This document shows, one piece after another, positions 18,001-24,385 of a stretch of 64,000 nucleotides of DNA (positions are counted from its first letter, which is position 1; every line of letters starts with the position of its first letter). The translations under genes were made by a program, and so were the position numbers. The notes under the pieces were generated by a model. The model was given only the letters and a program-made list of their open reading frames with translations. It was not told where the DNA came from and did no database searches. The stretch is from Candidatus Daviesbacteria bacterium (GTDB lineage: Bacteria > Patescibacteriota > Microgenomatia > Daviesbacterales > UBA10151): the NCBI GenBank assembly GCA_016187035.1, contig JACPKL010000012.1, positions 8,925 through 72,924 on the forward strand, read 5' to 3'.

Positions 18001-19694
18001 GTGGCATCAGAGGTGCAAGTTGAGCCGGACAGCGTCCCTTCACAAAATGTATCCCAGGAATTTACCTGGGCATTGGAATAAGCAGAGGTGGTATATATAG
18101 AATATGTACCCTGCTTGGATAAAGTAAAATCATCCACTTTGACTGTTTTACCGGCTTTAACTAACAGTCCTGCATCAACAGAAGAAGCAACTCCGGTAAT
18201 TGTGCCTGTGAGCTTATACCAGCCTGTTGATCCTGCTTCAGCAGTATAGGTTGTGGTAACAGTTGAGCCATTATAGTAAAGCTGGGCAACTGTAGTATCA
18301 ATAGCAGCTCCTGAGTTATAATAGGCATAGACAGAGAGATCATAGGTTGAGGTATCCCCAACATTTATAGACTGGTAGACTTTCCCATCAGATACAGAGC
18401 CTATAGTTATGGTATTTCCACCGGCGGCTGACCGGCCGGAAGTAGAGGAAAAAGATTGGGAGATTGCTACGGGATCACTGGCGCAGCGAAAGCCAATGTT
18501 GCCGTTCGTATCGCTAGGCGCATTGTACAGAAGCAACGTAAAGGCTCCTGCGTTGGCGCCATCATTCCAATCGCCACCGCGGAGGAAACCATTATTTAAA
18601 GCTCCACCATACACTTGGCCCATGCCCTGGGCAGATAGGTAAGAGGCAGAAGAGGGGCCGTAAAGAGCCAGGGCTCCTGTTTGGATATTGGCATGGTTCC
18701 ACTCCACCCAGCCTGCAGTAGTATCAATGGCAGAGGATTGGATATCATTGGTCCATTCCCAAACATTGCCCGCAATATCCCAGATATATGCTCCGTTGGA
18801 AAGGGTAAAGACTCTTTTTTGGTTGCCTGCTGTGGCTGACTGGCCGCTTGAGGTATTGGTGGGGCAGGCAGAGGGAGCTTCAGTAGTGCCGGCTGAATCA
18901 GTGTAAGCGCAGGCATTATTGCCGGTGTCGGTGGTTGAGGCAACCCTGGCTAAGGCCGGGGAGTTGTCATTGTGGCCGGCATACAGATAGCCTGAGTTAA
19001 CGCTGCCGCCTGACCAGTTAGAGCCTTGGGCTTCGGCGTTGCGGGTAATAGTCATCCACTCGTTGTTGGTTTGCAGATGGGCAGCTGTGGAGCCAACAGT
19101 TACAGCAGAGCAGCGGGTAACAGAGGTGGTTTGGGAAATATTGGCAATAGGGTAGCCTGAGGCAACTGATACTACAGCCCTGGAGTTGGCAGAGGTACAG
19201 GCTGCGGTGTTATCCGGCCAGGTTCTGTAGCCGGTATCAGAGGTGGTTAAACCGGTGGTTAAATCTGAGGTGGCAGCACACTTGGCTTCATACTTTTGGA
19301 TTAAAAAGTTGGTGGTGGAAAAGGTGGCATTACCAGGCACTTCTACCCATCCAGAAGGAGGAACAGCTGCTACAGACCAGGAGGTGTTGTTAGAGGCAAA
19401 GGCTGGATTGGAGAGTTTGTTAACCCCTGAAACCGGGTGGGCGCCGGTATTGTCTACTGTGATTAGGGAAGTATCATAAGTATAGTTGGCAGCAGTAGAG
19501 GCATTAAAAGCCCAGTTTTTATTGGTGTCATTTAGGGCAAAGATCTTAGGCAATAGGTACTCGTTAGTTAAGTACCCAAAGGTAAAGAGGATGCCAGCGG
19601 AGAAAGCTACAAAAAGGCAAAGGTTAAACTGCCATTTGGCAATGGTGATTTTTTTGGTAAAAAAGTTGTGTACAATGTATCTAACAAATCTCAT
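15054..19694 (-). CDS. DGR variable (target) protein: N-terminal TM anchor, FGE-sulfatase/C-type-lectin-fold domain carrying the VR, long FN3/Ig-like repeat array
   Basis: TM helix FNLCLFVAFSAGILFTFGYL. FGE-sulfatase-type motifs are FLIQKYEAK, AHLQTNNEWMTIT, IAGNVWEWTND and GFRCASD. These are followed by about 1100 aa of T/S/G-rich modules with repeated W.T...S...V.YG...Y.Y... FN3-like patterns. Confidence 0.85.
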   Translation of the reverse strand: MRFVRYIVHNFFTKKITIAKWQFNLCLFVAFSAGILFTFGYLTNEYLLPKIFALNDTNKNWAFNASTAANYTYDTSLITVDNTGAHPVSGVNKLSNPAFASNNTSWSVAAVPPSGWVEVPGNATFSTTNFLIQKYEAKCAATSDLTTGLTTSDTGYRTWPDNTAACTSANSRAVVSVASGYPIANISQTTSVTRCSAVTVGSTAAHLQTNNEWMTITRNAEAQGSNWSGGSVNSGYLYAGHNDNSPALARVASTTDTGNNACAYTDSAGTTEAPSACPTNTSSGQSATAGNQKRVFTLSNGAYIWDIAGNVWEWTNDIQSSAIDTTAGWVEWNHANIQTGALALYGPSSASYLSAQGMGQVYGGALNNGFLRGGDWNDGANAGAFTLLLYNAPSDTNGNIGFRCASDPVAISQSFSSTSGRSAAGGNTITIGSVSDGKVYQSINVGDTSTYDLSVYAYYNSGAAIDTTVAQLYYNGSTVTTTYTAEAGSTGWYKLTGTITGVASSVDAGLLVKAGKTVKVDDFTLSKQGTYSIYTTSAYSNAQVNSWDTFCEGTLSGSTCTSDATHSGNASITYQICLDDGSSCSYTTGSRWQYYTAGAWANATDATSTYTNTPAQLTQAAMQALSITSQKISVKAILAFGGADTPLLPNISIGLTTDTTVPATNASSIAMTRSNGGTTVASNGWTNNSSPYFSWTAGADNSGGSGLKGYCLYLGADSDGDPATSKGLLGTTIVSTSGTTCQFITSSTSIDFATTSYRGSTWLSTSSSPYYLNIKAIDNSGNLFATSASFQFKFDNTAPTNTTYISCASGNFSNVVDMSFNWPTSGSSASSDSNSNLLGWQYQINSTSGTWLGTTTDTATGLTYMPTSATSRTLTVAQDNSSIVSGTNVIYFRTADIAGNTSSDGTIRTCNISYGGAAPSFLGTDTVTVTPSTSTSNSYALSWPAATPTSGQTVAHYYYMINTAPPSTYATITGNTSTYIDNGTTRTVSAAALASVNKGSNTVYVVAVDNASTPNYSPSNYITGTFTLNSTDPDNVGNLVASDSSIKSTSTWNATLTWTAPTYQGAGNLTYRVYRSTDNSTFSLTGTTTGLSYVDNTPSSAKYYYKIYTRDGASADSSGTNAVSITPTGKWTSAPTLSTGPSAGSITTKKSTITWTTSRSADSKIQYGTTSGSYGSVEPSNSDQVSSHSIQLTGLTAGTTYYYKAKWTDEDGNTGTSDEKSFATSSAPTVKDVSAKNIGLTSGIIQFTSKDASKVKIYYGKTTSFGGSKEISTSTSETTYTAELTGLDDGAKYYYKINTFDSDNSEYEGTVLDFTTLPRPKISGVRIQQVANTAQSTILVSWTTNTEVSSIVTYYPEGKPQDARDEVNVALTKGEHKMIVRSLLPQTDYILVVKGRDKIGNEASSDSQRLTTATDTRPPAISDLNVEGSNIPPVSGTAQEQTAQLVVSWNSDEPSTTQVEFGEGTGVSYAQKTQEDSNLTFNHLVIISNLTPSKVYHLRAISKDKAGNLGNSIDTVTITPKATENALNLVITNLQEAFGFLGGIGK
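18473..18592 (-). repeat. DGR variable repeat (VR)
   Basis: Gap-free 120-nt match to TR 21699..21818 with 10 mismatches, all at TR adenines on the coding strand. It encodes NGFLRGGDWNDGANAGAFTLLLYNAPSDTNGNIGFRCASD (aa ~368-407). Confidence 0.92.
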
Positions 19695-19719
19695 TTCACA
19701 CTTTCTATACTATCGGCTA

Positions 19720-19748
19720 TTGACAAATTAGCTACTCTTTGCTAGTAT
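19720..19748 (+). promoter_or_regulatory. plus-strand TTGACA-17-TAGTAT promoter in the second copy of the conserved 25-nt motif
   Basis: tatactatcggctattgacaaatta (19706..19730), TTGACA 19720..19725 and TAGTAT 19743..19748. Confidence 0.4.
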
Positions 19749-19764
19749 TAAGCTACTAAACTCT

Positions 19765-19799
19765 CCTGCAAGGCCGAAAGGTGTTTGCAGGATTTTTTT
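19765..19799 (+). terminator. intrinsic terminator (plus strand)
   Basis: cctgcaa (19765..19771) pairs with ttgcagg (19785..19791) across a 13-nt loop, followed by T7 (19793..19799). Confidence 0.55.
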
Positions 19800-19810
19800 A
19801 TCTGTATTTT

Positions 19811-20350
19811 TTATTTTTCCTTCACAAACGATAAGATATTCTGTTTGGTAAGCAATGTGTATTTTGAACAGACGTTAATAAGCGCATAGCTGCGTTGGTG
19901 AGAAAAGCCAACATACTCCAGTATTTTCCTTTTCTCTATGGCTTTTTTAATAGCTGGCAGGAGATCTGTATCAGAGGATATGAGAATAATTCTTGTACAT
20001 AGGTTTTCATAAGCAGCAACCAAAATATCTACGGCTATATTTACATCTACACCCTTTTCGTGATAGACACCGTCAGATTTTAAAAGATAACCCAGAGAGT
20101 AATTAATATTATGTTTTTTGAGATGTTCGAATAGTTTTTGTTGATTGGCAAGCATCTTTTTGCCTTTTTCGCTTTGAGGGTTAGTGCTTACCTTGCCAAC
20201 ATAATATGTAGCGTGAACTATTTCTTCGTTATTGGCTAACATTTTGACAAACCCGGAAAAGTTAAAATTGAGCAAATTATGAAGGTCTAGCCCCTTCAGC
20301 TTAAAATAGAAGTTGCTGCCGTCTATAAGTACAATGCATTTATTTTTCAT
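19811..20350 (-). CDS. NYN (LabA-like) domain protein located between DGR RT and target
   Basis: VLIDGSNFYFK ... EKGVDVNIAVDIL ... ISSDTDLLPAIKKA. It is a clear paralog of 46449..46979, sharing ANQQKLF.HL, LGYLL, HEKGVDV.IAVDI and ISSDTDLLPAI. Confidence 0.75.
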   Translation of the reverse strand: MKNKCIVLIDGSNFYFKLKGLDLHNLLNFNFSGFVKMLANNEEIVHATYYVGKVSTNPQSEKGKKMLANQQKLFEHLKKHNINYSLGYLLKSDGVYHEKGVDVNIAVDILVAAYENLCTRIILISSDTDLLPAIKKAIEKRKILEYVGFSHQRSYALINVCSKYTLLTKQNILSFVKEK

Positions 20351-20388
20351 TTTCTACATAAAACACAGAGGAATTACCCCTGTATAAA

Positions 20389-21450
20389 CTATGGCAAATT
20401 CTGATCAAAAAGGCAAGTTTTAAGATGATAAGCATTGGCATAATTTAAGTGTCCGGCAAAAGAACTTTTCATCAGGTCTAAGGATTTTTGGCTCACTTGC
20501 CCTTTTTGGACCGCCTTTTCCTTCTTTTTAAGTTTTCTCTGAAACCTTCGCAGGGTTGATCCCCGAACTAATACATGGTCATAAAAAGTCCGGTAACCAA
20601 CGAAAGCCACACCGTTTTTAGTATTTTGGATAACAGATTTTTTAGGATGAAGGGTAAGCCTTAGGTTATCCCAAAGAAATACTCTTACTTTTTCTTTAAT
20701 CTGTTTGAGGTGTTCCTTATCCGGGTGGATAATATAAAAATCATCCATGTATCTGCCATACCAGTGTTCTCTTAAGTTTTCCTTAACAAAATGGTCCAGC
20801 TCGTTTAAATAAACATTGGCAAACAGCTGGGAGGTTAAATTGCCAATCGGCAAGCCTTTTCTTTCCTCAATTGAAATAACCTCTTTTGGCAAGCCCTGGA
20901 TTTTATTCCTGTTTAAGAAAACTTTATGGGTGGTGATGACTGTTAAGATCAACTCCTTAATTTTGGGATCAGTTATTTTCTTTTCAATTAGTTTAATTAA
21001 AATATCCCAGGAAATGGAAGGAAAAAACTTGGTAATATCACATTGGAGGATATATAACTGCTTTTCTCTACCATAAACAGAACGGGCAGCCTGGAGGAAC
21101 TTTTTTAATCTGCTTTTGGCAAAATGGGTTCCTCTGCCTTTTCTGCAGGCATAGGCATCTTCGATAAAGGCTTTGTCAAATAAAGGTTCGATAACAGATA
21201 CCAAGCCGTGGTGGAAAACCCTATCCCTAAAGTTTGGAGCAGCCACATGTCTTGTCTTAGGATCAGTTACCACAAAGTAAGTATATGGATAAGGGGAGTA
21301 ATGGTTGGTTAAAAGCTCCCATCTCAGTTTAAACAAATTGTCTTCCAGGAAAAGGTCAAATTTACACACCTGCCTTTTATAGCGATTATCACGTCTGGCT
21401 AAGCGGTAAGAATTTAATAAATGTTCAAAATTGCAAAGAGTATTAAACAT
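20389..21450 (-). CDS. DGR reverse transcriptase
   Basis: RT motifs include the DGR-typical LPIGNLTSQLFANVYLNELD ([I/L]GxxxSQ) and the catalytic YGRYMDDFYII (YMDD). The gene is adjacent to TR and avd. Confidence 0.9.
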   Translation of the reverse strand: MFNTLCNFEHLLNSYRLARRDNRYKRQVCKFDLFLEDNLFKLRWELLTNHYSPYPYTYFVVTDPKTRHVAAPNFRDRVFHHGLVSVIEPLFDKAFIEDAYACRKGRGTHFAKSRLKKFLQAARSVYGREKQLYILQCDITKFFPSISWDILIKLIEKKITDPKIKELILTVITTHKVFLNRNKIQGLPKEVISIEERKGLPIGNLTSQLFANVYLNELDHFVKENLREHWYGRYMDDFYIIHPDKEHLKQIKEKVRVFLWDNLRLTLHPKKSVIQNTKNGVAFVGYRTFYDHVLVRGSTLRRFQRKLKKKEKAVQKGQVSQKSLDLMKSSFAGHLNYANAYHLKTCLFDQNLP

Positions 21451-21698
21451 AAAATACCGGTATTAACTTATGAGCCCGCCTAACTTATAAGCGGGCTCAA
21501 TGTCTCGTCCCTTATCTAAATTTATCCTATTTACCTTCCATCCCTTTTGTAATTTGGGATGCAAGAATACAGGTATTATGTTTTCATAGGCCAAAGACCT
21601 TTGACGGAGAAAGCTCTGTGATCTTTTAAACCCTGGACAGATATCCTTGGATGTCTGCCACTCGTTCTGGCGATAAAGGGACACTTTCTTTTTCTTTT

Positions 21699-21818
21699 GA
21701 TCACTGGCGCAGCGAAAGCCAATGTTGTTGTTCGTATTGCTAGGCGCATTGTTCAGATTCAACGTAAAGGCTCCTGTGTTGGCGCCATTATTCCAATTGC
21801 CACCGCGGATGAAACCAT
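21699..21818 (-). repeat. DGR template repeat (TR)
   Basis: Lies between avd and RT. It has 33 adenines on the coding strand (hand count), 10 of which are substituted in the VR, while none of the 87 other positions differ. It is rich in AAY codons (..NWNNGANTGAFTLNLNNAPSNTNNNIGFRCASD). Confidence 0.92.
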
Positions 21819-21869
21819 CGGCACAAATGAGAACCTTCCCCATATTTAATATATCAGGTAACAATACTT

Positions 21870-22244
21870 TCATAAAAGAGCTTGTTGTTTTATGCCTTCT
21901 TTGCTTTCCTGGCATTTGACCCAGCCGGTCATTATCCTGCCTATCTCATTTAATTTTTCTGATGCCAGGGTATACTGCTTAACACTCATAAGTCTTAAAT
22001 CCTTAGTCAAACGGGTTAAAATCCGTAAACAATCCAGTTCATCTGAAATATTTTGCTGCATGACAGCTCTTTCCTGTCCCCTGGATTTATTGGCTTTAAT
22101 TAACAGTAAAAGTATAGATATGCAAAGTTCCTCCAGGTGTTTTCCTACGACCATTCTATGACTTTTCGGAATTCGGTTGATAACCGGAAACAGCCAGACC
22201 ACTAAATCATAGAATTTTTGGTAAATAATTAGTTGGTCAGCCAT
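21870..22244 (-). CDS. avd: DGR accessory variability determinant (Avd, four-helix-bundle protein)
   Basis: MADQLIIYQKFYDLVVWLFPVINRIPKSHRMVVGKHLEELCISILLLLIKANKS matches the Avd / 23S-rRNA-intervening-sequence four-helix-bundle family. The track ORF (to 22394) is extended 50 codons through a MITE, so I take ATG 22244..22242 as the start. Confidence 0.8.
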   Translation of the reverse strand: MADQLIIYQKFYDLVVWLFPVINRIPKSHRMVVGKHLEELCISILLLLIKANKSRGQERAVMQQNISDELDCLRILTRLTKDLRLMSVKQYTLASEKLNEIGRIMTGWVKCQESKEGIKQQALL

Positions 22245-22255
22245 AAAAAATCCAA

Positions 22256-22372
22256 TGTCATTCCGTGCTTGACACGGAATCCATATAATATGGATCCCCG
22301 CCTCCCCCACAAGGGGACTGGCTTCTTCGAAGCGTCGCGCGGGAATGACACTGGAAAAAACTGAATTCATAC
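22256..22372. repeat. MITE-like nested-palindrome repeat immediately upstream of avd
   Basis: tgtcattccgtgcttgacacggaatcc ... cgcgcgggaatgacactggaaaaaactgaattcatac. The inner part is the reverse complement of 12467..12526. Confidence 0.8.
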
Positions 22373-22429
22373 CAAGATTAGCCCGTATTATCAAGCTATT
22401 CTTGATATTGAGAACCCAGGCGACTCACT

Positions 22430-22514
22430 TGGTGCTGGTGAAGGGAGTCGAACCCTTACGGGCATAGCCCACTCGCTCTTAAGGCGAGCGCGTATACCAT
22501 TCCGCCACACCAGC
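22430..22514 (-). tRNA. tRNA-Leu (TAA)
   Basis: The reverse complement is GCTGGTGTGGCGGAATGGTATACGCGCTCGCCTTAAGAGCGAGTGGGCTATGCCCGTAAGGGTTCGACTCCCTTCACCAGCACCA. It has a long variable arm, the anticodon loop CTTAAGA and an encoded CCA. Confidence 0.9.
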
Positions 22515-22641
22515 GCTAGTGTATTTTATCATAAATTTTGGGGGGTTGACATATGCTTTCCAGGGGTGGACAATAATCTTAGAAAATCTCATTACCGGCA
22601 GAATTAGGTAAGAGATTTTTCTAAATTTAACAAGGTTCACC

Positions 22642-23100
22642 ATGGAAAAGATAATAAACGGTAATGGACATACTAATGGAAATAGGCACTGTAAACCTAC
22701 TTTCCTTGAGAAAATCTCTGTTAAAATGACAGACTGGGTTGGCACCCCCTGGTCTTTGATCATCCACACCCTGCTTTTTGCAGGGATTTTTAGTTTAAGT
22801 CACTTTGGACTCACAACTAATTACATTTTGCTGGTTTTAACTACAACTGTTTCCCTAGAAGCTATTTATTTATCCATTTTTATCCAAATGAGTGTAAACA
22901 GAGCTACAGAAAGCCTGGAAGAGGTAGAAGAAGATATTGAGGATATTCAAGAAGAAGCAGATGAAGAAGATAAAGCTCACAGAGTTTTAGTCCATATTAC
23001 TCACCAAATCAAAGCTATCCAGCAGGATTTGAATGCTTTAAAAAGAAGCGGGTCTTTCAAATCTAGCCTTAATAATCACAAAATCCATCACAGATCTTAA
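22642..23100 (+). CDS. DUF1003-like membrane protein
   Basis: Two TM helices (WSLIIHTLLFAGIF, LVLTTTVSLEAIYLSIFIQMSVNR) followed by an acidic coiled C-terminal tail. The start is uncertain. Confidence 0.45.
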   Translation: MEKIINGNGHTNGNRHCKPTFLEKISVKMTDWVGTPWSLIIHTLLFAGIFSLSHFGLTTNYILLVLTTTVSLEAIYLSIFIQMSVNRATESLEEVEEDIEDIQEEADEEDKAHRVLVHITHQIKAIQQDLNALKRSGSFKSSLNNHKIHHRS

Positions 23101-23117
23101 TTTTTGTGAAGATTCAG

Positions 23118-23405
23118 TTAAAGGTTTTGCAGGTCCTGATCAATTGAGGTGAAATCCGCATCTGGTTGCGGAATATCCACAGCATCTAATTGTTGATTTA
23201 GGTTGTCTACATTCTCTGCAGCTGATTGGTCACCGGCTATTGGTTGAGATTGTTGGTTACTGCTAGATTGCTGTTTTCCTAAATACCAATAGATCCCCCC
23301 AACTGCTGCAAATATCACTACTATTCCAACTAGCAGCAATATTATAGTTGATTTATTGTTATTGGCTTCAACTTTTGGTTGAACGATTGGATTATTGTTT
23401 TCCAC
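23118..23405 (-). CDS. small single-pass membrane protein
   Basis: 95 aa with TM helix IILLLVGIVVIFAAVGGIYWYL and a Q/S-rich tail. Confidence 0.5.
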   Translation of the reverse strand: MENNNPIVQPKVEANNNKSTIILLLVGIVVIFAAVGGIYWYLGKQQSSSNQQSQPIAGDQSAAENVDNLNQQLDAVDIPQPDADFTSIDQDLQNL

Positions 23406-24108
23406 TATTTGTTCCTTCCTTTACCATAACACCACTCTTAGCTGTTCTGATAGCATTAGCCACAGCTTGTTTTGCATCTATGACTTGTTTCCTGACTGAA
23501 ATTAAGTCTGTACGAAGCTGAGTTCTGGCAGTTTGAGCATCTGCTTTTACTTTAGGCTCTGAGGTGATCTGAAGAGTATAATCTTTTTCTGCTTGGGCAT
23601 TTACTGCTGCTAATGCTGAGGCAATCTTACTGCGGGCATCTGCTATAGAATTTTTAGCTACTTGTGGATCTTTTATATCAGCAGACTTTTTATTCACCCT
23701 GGCTTCTAATTTATCTAACAGGGTAGTCATTAATCCTAAATGTCTTTTCATTTGTGCTGTTTGATTTTGATTGACCTTATTCAAATTAGTATTAACTCTG
23801 TCTACTATCTCTGCTTTCCTTTTATCTTTAAAGATAAGAAGTTTATTTTTAAAATTTGCTTCTCTTGAGGCAATTTTTGCCTTTACTGGTCCTATTCTAT
23901 TCTGTATATTTTCTTTTTTAACCTCTGCTGCTTGCTGGATATTTGCTTTTCGAGCTTCTGCGGCTGGCCTAAGCTGTTCTTTTTTTGCTGGAGCAGTACT
24001 GGTTGAAGCTTCTTGGGCAATGGCAGGATAAGCTATAATAGCGGCAAGAATAATTGTAATTAGGATACTGATGGTTTTAGGAATGTTTAATTTGACTGTA
24101 GCAACCAC
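23392..24108 (-). CDS. secreted/anchored alpha-helical protein
   Basis: N-terminal hydrophobic signal/anchor ISILITIILAAIIAYPAIA followed by an A/K/Q-rich helical sequence. Confidence 0.5.
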   Translation of the reverse strand: MVATVKLNIPKTISILITIILAAIIAYPAIAQEASTSTAPAKKEQLRPAAEARKANIQQAAEVKKENIQNRIGPVKAKIASREANFKNKLLIFKDKRKAEIVDRVNTNLNKVNQNQTAQMKRHLGLMTTLLDKLEARVNKKSADIKDPQVAKNSIADARSKIASALAAVNAQAEKDYTLQITSEPKVKADAQTARTQLRTDLISVRKQVIDAKQAVANAIRTAKSGVMVKEGTNSGKQ

Positions 24109-24156
24109 GTATTTTACTTTAACAAAATAACCTTCTGGATGTCAAGCTGCTTTTTT

Positions 24157-24278
24157 GTAACTATTCAGTTCTTACCAAAACATACATTGTCATTCCCATG
24201 AAAATGGGAATCTATATAAATAAAATTCTGGATTCCCGATCAAGTCGGGAATGGCACTGGTAAATACTGAATACTAAC
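24157..24278. mobile_element. complete MITE (~122 bp) with terminal inverted repeats GTAACTATTCAGTT.. / ..ACTGAATACTAAC
   Basis: gtaactattcagttcttacca...tgtcattcccatgaaaatgggaatc...ggattcccgatcaagtcgggaatggcactggtaaatactgaatactaac. The TIRs and two internal hairpins are readable directly. Confidence 0.75.
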
Positions 24279-24385
24279 GCTTTTTTGTTTCTTTTTTGTT
24301 AAAATATAATAAGTGTTTTAGATAAAAATTGCACATTGACAAGCGAACGGGTAGGTAATATATACAGTAGTATATAGACTAAATT

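Noticed and set aside
15325-19731. Many 60-170-aa ORFs on both strands inside the 1546-aa gene (for example 17413..17913, 18596..18943 and 19486..19731).
   Set aside because: They are by-products of the long, compositionally biased (T/S/G/A-rich) ORF. None has motifs, and all are nested in the single continuous reading frame.
21463-21915. The 150-aa track ORF containing an FGE-sulfatase-like segment (IRGGNWNNGANTGAFTLNLNNAPSNTNNNIGFRCASD) looked like a small paralog of the big surface protein.
   Set aside because: The homologous part is exactly the DGR template repeat. The rest is the TR-RT spacer and has no protein-like features. It is better explained as non-coding TR RNA than as a gene.
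22245-22394. N-terminal 50 codons of the track ORF for Avd (MIIRANLGMNSVFSSVIPARRFEEASPLVGEAGIHIIWIPCQARNDIGFF).
   Set aside because: This stretch is the translation of a MITE copy (22256..22372) from a TTG start. The Avd-like sequence begins at ATG 22244.
22479-22769. 96-aa minus-strand ORF.
   Set aside because: It overlaps tRNA-Leu and the promoter region, and its sequence is not protein-like. It is also opposite to the better DUF1003-like ORF.
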